Positions 50,664 through 58,801 of a stretch of DNA of 64,000 bases are shown piece by piece. The translations under genes and the position numbers were made by a program. This DNA comes from an uncultured Candidatus Rokubacteria bacterium (lineage in GTDB: Bacteria > Methylomirabilota > Methylomirabilia > Rokubacteriales > CSP1-6): contig CAVXJS010000015.1 of assembly GCA_963762145.1 (NCBI GenBank), positions 288,001 through 352,000 of the forward strand, in the 5' to 3' direction. The stretch's first letter is position 1. Each line of letters begins with the position of its first letter. The notes beneath the pieces were generated by a model. The model saw nothing but the letters and a program-made list of their open reading frames with translations. It made no database searches and was not told the DNA's origin.

Positions 50664-51484
50664 CGGGCGGGCAGCCAGTCGCGCAGCGGCTTCACCTGGC
50701 AGCCCGCCTTCTCCAGCGCTTCCCGCACCGTGCGCACGATGCGCTCCGCCCCCGGGGTATCGCCGTGGCAGCAGATGGTCTGGACCGAGATGTCGATCTC
50801 CACCCCGTCCATGGTGCGGACCTTGCCCCGCATCGCCATCTCCACCGCCTGCGCGGCGGCCTTGACCGGGTCGGTGATCAGCGAGCCCGCGATCTTGCGG
50901 GAGACGAGCGTGCCGTCCACGTTGTAGGCGCGGTCCGCGAAGCCCTCCGAGGCCACGCGCGCGCCCATCTTGCGACAGGTGGCGTCGTAGCGTCCGGACG
51001 CGAGCGTCATCAGGATCAGGCCCGAGTCCATCGCGGACTGCCCGGCCGCGGTGGCGAGCGCCTCGTCGGCCTCCATCATGTTGTAGAGGATGCCGTGAGG
51101 CTTCATGTGCTGCAGCTCGGATCCCGCCGCCCGCGCGATCTCGCGCAGCGCGCCGGTCTGGTAGCAGAGGTAGTCCTGCAGCTCGCGCTGGTCCACGTCC
51201 ATCTTCCGCCGCCCGAAGCCCATGAGATCGGGCAGCGAGGGGTGTGCGCCGAGGGCGACCCGGTTCGCCAGCGCCAGCTCCACCGTGCGGCGCATGATGT
51301 GCGGGTCGCCCCCGTGGAAGCCGCACGCCACGTTGGCGGAGCTGATGAACGGCATGATGGCCTCGTCGGCGCCGAGCGTCCAGCGCCCGTACGACTCGCC
51401 CATGTCGCAGTTGAGGTCGATGGTCTTGCGAGCCGCAGCCGAAGGCGAGGCGAGCGCATTTGAAAGAGGGGCGACGGTGGTCAT
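50660..51484 (-). CDS. pxpA: 5-oxoprolinase subunit A (LamB/YcsF)
   Basis: DLNCDMGES, ANVACGFHGGDP, HMKPHG, EGFADRAY, HGDTPGA. Confidence 0.92.
   Translation of the reverse strand: MTTVAPLSNALASPSAAARKTIDLNCDMGESYGRWTLGADEAIMPFISSANVACGFHGGDPHIMRRTVELALANRVALGAHPSLPDLMGFGRRKMDVDQRELQDYLCYQTGALREIARAAGSELQHMKPHGILYNMMEADEALATAAGQSAMDSGLILMTLASGRYDATCRKMGARVASEGFADRAYNVDGTLVSRKIAGSLITDPVKAAAQAVEMAMRGKVRTMDGVEIDISVQTICCHGDTPGAERIVRTVREALEKAGCQVKPLRDWLPAR
51430..51464 (+). repeat. 35-bp dispersed REP-like element, copy 2, inside the pxpA N-terminus
   Basis: GAGCCGCAGCCGAAGGCGAGGCGAGCGCATTTGAA; read on minus strand as SNALASPSAAA. Confidence 0.8.
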
Positions 51485-51488
51485 GGCG

Positions 51489-52809
51489 CTACTCGAGCAC
51501 CCGGCCCAAGGTTTCGACGAAGCGGTCCACGTCGGCGTCGGTCATGGCCAGCGAGCAGGCGCCGAGCCCGCGTTGCGAGAGCAGGACGCCCTCGTTGACC
51601 AGGCCCAGGAACGTGCGCGCCGACGCCTTGGGATCCTCGGGACGGGCGGAGCGATAGTCGCTGAGCTTCTTCTTGGTGTGGTGGAGCCAGAAGAGCGAGC
51701 CGGTGCCGGTGATCTGGCCCGCGTAGCCCTTCTTGCGCAGCACGCGCCGCACCCCGTCGCGCAGCCGGTCTCCGAGTGCCTCGAGACGCGCATACGCGTC
51801 GGGCGTGAGCTGCTCCATGGTCGCGATGCCGCCCGCCATCGTGAGCGGGTTGGCGTTGAAGGTGCCGCCGTGGTTGATCCGCCCCTTGCCGTCGCGCGGG
51901 TCGTAGTAGTTCATGACGTCGGCGCGGCCGCCGAAGGCGCCGACCGCGAGGCCGCCGCCGATGATCTTGCCGAGGGTCGTGAGGTCCGGCCGGATGTTGA
52001 AGCGCTCCTGGGCGCCGCCCGCGGCCGATGCGGAACGAGATGACCTCGTCGAAGATCAGGAGGATGTCCAGGCGCTGGGTGACCTCGCGCAGCTTCTCGA
52101 GGAATCCCTCGCGCGCCGGGATCATGCCCGCGTTGGCGAGCAGCGGATCGATGATCAGCGCCGCGACGTCGCTCCCCTGCTTCTCGAGGATCTTCTCGCA
52201 GGCGTCCGCGTCGTTCCACGGCAGCGTGACCACGTGCTTCAGCACCATCGGGGGCACGCCCGAGGACCACGCGACCGACTTCGGCCGCTTGCGCGAGCCC
52301 GCGGTAGCCGGATCCGGCGCCACGCTCACCAGCACCCAGTCGTGGGTGCCGTGGTAGGCGCCTTCGAACTTGGCGATCTTGGACTTGCCGGTGAAGGCGC
52401 GCGCGACGCGCACCGCGTGCATGGTGGCCTCGGTGCCCGAGTTGGCGAATCGCACGACCTCCATGCCTGGGATGCGCGTGGTGAGGATCTCGGCGAGCCG
52501 GATCTCGTGCTCGCTCGGGCCCGGGAACGACATGCCGTGCACCGCCGCGTCCTGGATCGCCTTCACCACCTGCGGGTTGGCGTGGCCCAGGATCAGGCTG
52601 GTGTAGTTGCCGTTGAAGTCGAGCCGCTCGTGCCCGTCGGCGTCCCAGATCCGCGCGCCCTCGCCGCGGGTGATGTAGAACGGGTACGGGTCGAAGAAGG
52701 TGGTCGTCCGGCTGTTGCCGCCCGGCATCACCCGCAGGGCTTCCTCGAAGAGCTGGCGGGAGCGGGGGGTCTTGGCCTGGTAGTCGGTGACGGCGCGCTC
52801 GAGAGACAT
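51489..52809 (-). CDS. Class-III aminotransferase (GSA aminomutase-like; frameshift near 52025)
   Basis: MPGGNSR, NSGTEA, FEGAYHG, IFDEVISFR, TLGKIIGGG, GTFNANP. Confidence 0.88.
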
Positions 52810-52833
52810 GGCGTTCCTCCCTGGATCCGGTGA

Positions 52834-53765
52834 CTATTCGATTGCGGTGTCCAGCGCCCGCAGGCTCTGCCGCAGCATCGCATGAGCCTCGGCCACTGTC
52901 ACGCGGCGGAAATGGAGCCGCCCGCCCGGGCTTGACCTGGGCGATCCGGCCGATGTGGAAGGAGCAGATCGTGCCGATCTTCGTGTATCCCCCGGTGGAT
53001 TGCCGGTCGGCCAGCAGCACGATGGGCTGGCCGTCGCCGATCACCTGGATGCCGCCCAGCGCCACGCCGTCGGAGATGATGTCGTGGCCGCGGGTGTGCT
53101 CGATGATCGCGCCCCGCAGCCGTGCGCCCATGCGGTCGTTCTGGGGCAGCATCTCGTAGGGCGCCTCGAAGAGGGCGGCGACGCCCTTCGGCGTGAAGCG
53201 GTCGTCCTGCGGACCCAGCACCACCGCCAGCTCGGGGTCGGCGCCCGTAGGCGGGGACGCGGTCCGGATGCAGCCGGTGCGGCCGCGCCGCGCCCGCGGG
53301 GCCCAGCGGCAGCCGGTCGGCCTTGCGCAGCGCGCGGCCCTCGAGACCGCCCAGCCGGCCGCGCACGTAGGTCGAGCGCGAGCCCAGCACCGGCGGCGTC
53401 TGGATGCCGCCCGCGATGGCCACGTAGGCGCGCACGCCGCTGCGCGCGGGGCCGAGCTTCAGCACGTCGCCCGCGTGCACGCGCAGCCCCTGCCAGGCGG
53501 GCACCGGGGCCCCGTTGACGGTGGGCGCCATGTCGGCGCCGGTGATCGCGACCAGGCGGTCGTCGGTGAACTCCACCCGCGGGCCGATCAGCGTGCACTC
53601 GAGCCCGGCCGCGGTGTCCGGATTGGCGATCAGGCGGTTGGCGAGGAGGAAGGCCTCGCGGTCCATCGGCCCCGAGGCCGGGATGCCCACGCGGAGATGG
53701 CCGGGCCGGCCCAGATCCTGGATGGTGGTGAGCGGGCCCGCGTCCTGGACGAGCAGGTCGCTCAT
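52834..53765 (-). CDS. pxpC: 5-oxoprolinase subunit C (KipA-like; frameshifts)
   Basis: [34 protein letters not shown]. Confidence 0.9.
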
Positions 53766-54509
53766 GACGTCGGTGGAGGGCCGGGATCCGGGGCACGTAG
53801 CGGCCGGCGTCCACCAGCGGCCGCGATCGCGTCGTACTCGGCGCGGTCGACCGGGCGGAAGCGCACGTGGTCGCCCGCGCGGAGCAGGATCGGATCCGGC
53901 GCGGTCGGATCGTAGATGCGGCACCGGCGTGCGGCCGAGCACCCAGAAGCCGCCCGGGCTCTCCACCGAGTAGATGCAGCACTGCACGCCGCCGATGCTC
54001 ACGCTGCCGGGAGGCGTCTTCACGCGCGGGTTCGTCAGGCGCGGGATCGTCAGGCGCTCGGGCATGCCGGTCATGTACGGGAGCCCGGGGGTGAAGCCGA
54101 CGAAGTAGACGTAGTAGTCGGCCTCCGCGTGCAGGCGTGCCATCTCGTCGGGGGCGAGCCCGAGCTTGGCCGCGGCCGCCTCCAGCTCGAAGCCCAGCTC
54201 GCCGCCGTAGCAGCACGGCAGCTCCACGGTGCGGACCGGCGGCAGCACCTCGGGACGCGCCTCGGCCAGCGAGCGCGCGCAGCGTGGCGGTCAGCTCCTC
54301 GTAGCCGACCACCAGCGGGTCGTAGTAGACGAGCAGGGCGCGGTAGCTGGGAACCGTCTCGCCGACACCCGGGCACGCGCTTCTGCTGCGAGCAGGTACT
54401 CGAGCGCCAGGATGCGGGCGTTGATGTCCCGGGTGATCTCGTCGCCCAGCTCGACCGAGAGGGCGCGATCCCCGCAGGCGAGGAACCGCGGCTCGGACCA
54501 GATCGTCAC
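53762..54509 (-). CDS. pxpB: 5-oxoprolinase subunit B (KipI-like; frameshifts)
   Basis: GDRALSVELG, GFTPGLPYM, GSVSIGG, SPGGFWVLGRT. Confidence 0.9.
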
Positions 54510-54522
54510 CGGGCGGGAGGGA

Positions 54523-55312
54523 TCAGATTGCGGCGAGCGTGTGGTTCGGCAGATCGGTGATGAACATGTGCCCCGGGCTGTGGGTGATCATGAACGCGGG
54601 CTTCGAGGCCAGCGCCACCGCCTGCGGCGTCACCCCGCAGGCCCAGAACACCGGCACCTCGCCCGCGCGAACGCCCACCGAGTCGCCCCAGTCGGGCTTG
54701 TCGACGTCGGCGATGCCGAGGGCCGCCGGGTCGCCGATGTGCACGGGGGCGCCGTGGGCGCCGGGGAAGCGCGCCGAGGCGGTCACCGCCTTCGAGACGA
54801 GCCCGGTCGGGATCGGCCGCATCGAGACGACCATGGGCCCGTGGAACTGGCCGGCGGGCCGGCACGCCACGGAGGTCTTCCACATCGCCACGTTCTTGCC
54901 CTCGTCGATGTGGCGCATCGGGATGCCGGCGTCGAGCAGCGCCCACTCGAAGGTGAACGAGCAGCCGAGCAGGAAGGCGACCGAGGTCGTCGCGCCAGAA
55001 CGGGGTCACGTCGGTGACCTCGTCGGCGAGCACGCCGTCCTTGTAGATGCGGTACCGGGGAATGTCCGTGCGCAGGTCGGCCCCCGGGGCCACCCCCACC
55101 GGCTCGGGCGAGCCCACGTCGGTCACCTCGATCAGGGGGCAGGGCCGCGGGTTGCGCTGGCAGAAGAGCAGGAAGTCGTACGCCTGCTCCTTCGGCAGCA
55201 CCGCGAGGTTGGCCTGCACGAAGCCGGGCGCGAGCCCGGCGGTCACGCTCCTGAGCCGCCCGGCCCGGATGTCGGCCCGGATCTCCTTCGGATGGCGCGC
55301 GTCGATCGGCAT
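54523..55312 (-). CDS. DUF1445 putative hydro-lyase (D-glutamate cyclase-like; frameshift near 54985)
   Basis: [48 protein letters not shown]. Confidence 0.9.
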
Positions 55313-55336
55313 CGGTGGTGTCTCCCGTCGTCCAGT

Positions 55337-56317
55337 CTACTTGAGGTGCGCGAGCCGGGGCCAGAGATCGGCGTTGGCGAGCACGTGCGGCTTCTCCCCG
55401 CGCAGCACGCGGAGCATCTCGGCGGTCACCTGCAGCGCCATCCCGCGCATCGTCTCCCGCGTCACTCCCGCGATGTGGGGCGAGACGATCACGTTCTCGA
55501 GCTGGAAGAGCCGGTTGTCGGAGGACGCGGGCTCCTCCTCGAAGACGTCGATGCCCGCCGCGCGGATCTTGCCGCTCTCGAGCCCGGCGACGAGCGCGTC
55601 CTCGTCCTGGGTCTTGCCCCGGGAGGTATTCACGAAGATCACGCCGTCCTTCATCTGGGCCACCGCGGCGGCGTCGATCATGTGATGCGATTCCTTGGTG
55701 TGCGGCGTGTGGCACGTCACCACGTCGGCCTGGCGCAGCACCGAGGCCATGTCGGGCATCGGCTCGACCCCGCGGTTGCGCACCTCGTCCGCGGGCACGT
55801 ACTTGTCGTAGCCGATCACCCGCATGCCGAGGGCGGCCGCGGTCCGGGCCACCCGCCGGCCGATGTTGCCGACGCCGATGATGCCGAGCGTCTTGCCGTT
55901 CATCTCGAGCATGCCTTCCCAGCGGGCCTTGCCCCAGTCGGCCTTCCGCGTGCGCTGGTCCACCACCACCGCCTGCTTGGCGCACGCCAGCATGAGCATG
56001 ATCGCGTGCTCGGCCACCGAGTTCGAGTTGGAGCCGGGCGCGTGCACCACCGCGACCCCGAGGTCGGTGGCGGCGGGCAGGTCCACGATGTCGAGGCCGA
56101 CGCCGTGGCGTCCGACCACCTTCAGCTTCGGGCAGGCAGCCATCAAGCTCCGGGTGCAATCCGGCTTGAGCCGGAACAGGATGCCCTCGGCCTCCTTGGC
56201 CGCCTCGATCATGCCGGCCTCGGTCTCGGCGTTGGTGACGACGACCCGGGCTTCCGCCTCCAGTTGCTTCATCCCATCCGCGTGGATGGGCCCACCGAGC
56301 ACCACGAGCGGTTTCAT
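55337..56317 (-). CDS. D-isomer-specific 2-hydroxyacid dehydrogenase (SerA-like)
   Basis: GVGLD, GIIGVGNIG, NTSRG, DVFEEEP, SPHIAG. Confidence 0.92.
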   Translation of the reverse strand: MKPLVVLGGPIHADGMKQLEAEARVVVTNAETEAGMIEAAKEAEGILFRLKPDCTRSLMAACPKLKVVGRHGVGLDIVDLPAATDLGVAVVHAPGSNSNSVAEHAIMLMLACAKQAVVVDQRTRKADWGKARWEGMLEMNGKTLGIIGVGNIGRRVARTAAALGMRVIGYDKYVPADEVRNRGVEPMPDMASVLRQADVVTCHTPHTKESHHMIDAAAVAQMKDGVIFVNTSRGKTQDEDALVAGLESGKIRAAGIDVFEEEPASSDNRLFQLENVIVSPHIAGVTRETMRGMALQVTAEMLRVLRGEKPHVLANADLWPRLAHLK

Positions 56318-56333
56318 GGCGCGCATTATAACC

Positions 56334-56349
56334 TGGCACGGACGTTGCC
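56334..56349 (+). promoter_or_regulatory. Sigma54 promoter of udgX-like gene
   Basis: TGGCAC-GGACG-TTGCC. Confidence 0.75.
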
Positions 56350-56374
56350 GGGGATCATGAGCCGGAGCCCATTC

Positions 56375-57025
56375 ATGGACCCGAAGCGCCTCGCGCCGAC
56401 GCTCGACGCCTTGCGCCGCCGTGCCGCCGATTGCACGGCGTGCGACCTCTACAAGCGCGCCACCCAGACCGTCTTCGGCGAGGGACCGGCACGCGCGCCC
56501 ATCGTGATCGTGGGTGAGCAGCCCGGGAACGAGGAAGACCTCGCGGGCCGGCCGTTCGTGGGACCGGCCGGGCGTCTCCTCGACCAGGCCCTGGCCGAGG
56601 CCGAGCTCGACCGCCGGCGGGTCTACGTCACGAACGCGGTCAAGCACTTCAAGTGGAAGGCGACGTCCGGTGGCAAGCGCCGCATTCACGAGCGCCCGCG
56701 CCCGGAGGAGGTGGAGGCGTGCCACCCGTGGTTCGAGCAGGAGCTCTGGCTGATCCGGCCGGCGGTCCTGATCTGTCTGGGCGTGACCGCCGCCCAGGCC
56801 GTGCTCCGGCGTCGCGTCACCATCCGGGACGCGCGCGGGCACGCTCTCGTGTCACCGCAGGGCATCCCCACCTTCGTCACCATCCATCCCTCGGCGATCC
56901 TGCGGGTCCCGGACCGTGACTCACGCGAGGCCGAGCTTCACCGGCTGGCGAGTGATCTGCGACGCGCCGCCGCCCGCGCCCGGAACCGACGCGTTTTGCG
57001 CGCCGTGGAAGAAACGACCCGGTAG
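56375..57025 (+). CDS. udgX: UdgX-type family-4 uracil-DNA glycosylase/uracil-DNA binding protein
   Basis: CTACDL Fe-S Cys, GEQPG, TNAVKHFK, R-loop KRRIH, HPS. Confidence 0.88.
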   Translation: MDPKRLAPTLDALRRRAADCTACDLYKRATQTVFGEGPARAPIVIVGEQPGNEEDLAGRPFVGPAGRLLDQALAEAELDRRRVYVTNAVKHFKWKATSGGKRRIHERPRPEEVEACHPWFEQELWLIRPAVLICLGVTAAQAVLRRRVTIRDARGHALVSPQGIPTFVTIHPSAILRVPDRDSREAELHRLASDLRRAAARARNRRVLRAVEETTR

Positions 57026-57118
57026 AAGTTCCTGTCGGCTCCGGCGCCCGCGAGGGCGCGGCGGCACCCGAGGCGGCGAAACATTGAGGTTCACGCGCGG
57101 CCCCGCCCGTCCTCCCGC

Positions 57119-57134
57119 TGGCACGTCGCTTGAA
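57119..57134 (+). promoter_or_regulatory. Sigma54-like promoter of the nucleotidyltransferase
   Basis: TGGCAC-GTCGC-TTGAA (variant -12). Confidence 0.55.
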
Positions 57135-57205
57135 CTCTCGGCGCGGCCACGCATTCAACGAGCCACTCGAAAACGACCGAGCCCGAGCGGGCCGGAGGAG
57201 CCGGC

Positions 57206-58195
57206 ATGAAGGAAGAGACGGCACTGGCAGATGGGCAGGAGGACGGACAGGTATCCCCGCGGCCGGAAGCACAGCACTGCTGGGCGGTGATCCTGGCCGG
57301 AGGCGAAGGCATGCGCCTTCGCCCGCTGGTCCGCCAGGTATGCGGCGCCGATCGGCCGAAGCAGTACGTGCGCCTCCTCGGCCCACGCACCCTGCTCGGC
57401 CAGACCCTGGACCGGGTCTCGCTCGCCTTACCGGAGGAGCGGACCCTGGTCGTCACCGTGCGGCGACATGCCGGTTACATCGCCGAGGAGTTCTCCAACG
57501 GCTCTCGCCCTCGCATCCTGGCTCAGCCGCTCGATCGGGGTACCGCCGCCGGCGTGCTCTACCCCGCGCACTGGATTGCGTGGCGGAACCCGGAGGCGAC
57601 GGTGGCCATCTTCCCGTCCGATCACTTCTTGCTCGGCGACGCGGCCTTCATGGCCCACGTTGCGGAAGTGACCGGCTGGGTCGAGAAGAATCCGGAGCGG
57701 CTCGTCCTGCTCGGCGCGCAGCCGACGTCGCCCGAAGTGGAGTATGGGTGGATCGAGCCCGACGGGGTGCTGGGGGATCTGTCCACCGGCGCGGTCCGGG
57801 GCGTCCGGCAGTTCTGGGAGAAGCCGTCGGTCGCGCGCGCCCGCGCGTGCCTGGCGGCCGGACACCTGTGGAACACGTCGGTCCTGGTCGGCAAGGTGGC
57901 CACATTGCTGCAGATCGGCTGGCAGGCGCTTCCCGAGCTGAGCGATCGGCTCGCCCACATCGAGCCGTTCGTGGGCACGAGCGACGAGGCCGAAGCGGTC
58001 CGTCAAGCCTACGAGCTGATGCCCCGAGCCAACTTCTCGAAGAACGTCCTGGAAGTGTGCCCGGATGCCCTCGCGGTGTCGCGACTACCGCGCGTCGTGT
58101 GGTCCGATCTGGGCAGTCCCCACCGGGTCATGGAGGCGGTCACCCGGATGCGGATTCGCCCGGAGTGGGCCGAAACCCTGGCGCCGTCGGCCTGA
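57206..58195 (+). CDS. Mannose-1-phosphate guanylyltransferase-like sugar-phosphate nucleotidyltransferase (no cupin domain)
   Basis: ILAGGEGMRLRPL, PKQY, PSDH, EYGWIEP, FWEKP, WSDLGS. Confidence 0.85.
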   Translation: MKEETALADGQEDGQVSPRPEAQHCWAVILAGGEGMRLRPLVRQVCGADRPKQYVRLLGPRTLLGQTLDRVSLALPEERTLVVTVRRHAGYIAEEFSNGSRPRILAQPLDRGTAAGVLYPAHWIAWRNPEATVAIFPSDHFLLGDAAFMAHVAEVTGWVEKNPERLVLLGAQPTSPEVEYGWIEPDGVLGDLSTGAVRGVRQFWEKPSVARARACLAAGHLWNTSVLVGKVATLLQIGWQALPELSDRLAHIEPFVGTSDEAEAVRQAYELMPRANFSKNVLEVCPDALAVSRLPRVVWSDLGSPHRVMEAVTRMRIRPEWAETLAPSA

Positions 58196-58217
58196 GCCGT
58201 GCGTCGCCTCGGCCGAT

Positions 58218-58490
58218 TCAGGCCGAGGCGACGACCCGGGGCACCGGGCGGAGCGGCGGGGACGTCGTCAGCGTGATGTGAAGCTCGCAGTAGTCCTGGA
58301 GCAGCTCGGGACTCTGCTCCCGGATCTCGGCCAGCACCGACTCCGCGCCCTTGCCGGTGCGAAGCTGTGTCGCAGCGCGGGCCAGGATCTGCTGGCGACG
58401 CGCCAGCTCATGCTGGGTCTCCGAGATCTCGGCCATGCGCCGGGTGACCTCCGTCAGGAGCGACTCGTCAAGCTCTCGCCGAAGCGCCAT
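58218..58490 (-). CDS. Hypothetical ~90-aa helical protein
   Basis: ATG with AGGAGA RBS; MALRRELDESLLTEVTRRMAEISETQHELARRQQ...; own sigma54 site. Confidence 0.7.
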   Translation of the reverse strand: MALRRELDESLLTEVTRRMAEISETQHELARRQQILARAATQLRTGKGAESVLAEIREQSPELLQDYCELHITLTTSPPLRPVPRVVASA

Positions 58491-58537
58491 CGTCGTGGTG
58501 TCTCCTCTCGTAGATGCGCAGCACTCGTGGCAGTCAA

Positions 58538-58553
58538 AGCAACTCGGTTGCCA
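58538..58553 (-). promoter_or_regulatory. Sigma54 promoter of the small hypothetical gene
   Basis: Minus strand TGGCAA-CCGAG-TTGCT. Confidence 0.7.
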
Positions 58554-58759
58554 CCTCGGTAAACACTGCCACGACCCTATTTGCGATCCGGGCCGAGCCG
58601 GCCTGCGCCAGAAGTGTCCAAGGGTTACCGGGTAGGAACTTCCGGGCATGACGGGCCGAGGAAGAAGAGCGGGTCGTTCTTACCGCGCCACGATGCCGTC
58701 AGCCCTCTGTCGCGGCCGGGACTCTCATACAAATCCCACACATCGAGCTCCGGAAGTCC

Positions 58760-58775
58760 GGGCACGGCAATTGCT
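58760..58775 (+). promoter_or_regulatory. Sigma54 promoter of the NtrC-family regulator
   Basis: GGGCAC-GGCAA-TTGCT. Confidence 0.7.
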
Positions 58776-58801
58776 CCCAAAGTCGGCATGAGCGATTGGC
58801 G

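Noticed and set aside
51489-52809. Calling the aminotransferase hemL
   Set aside because: GGNSR rather than GGVNSP, and the operon context is not tetrapyrrole synthesis
54539-56374. 828-aa ORF as a long N-terminal extension of UdgX
   Set aside because: Antisense to DUF1445 and the dehydrogenase; promoter and RBS support a start at 56375
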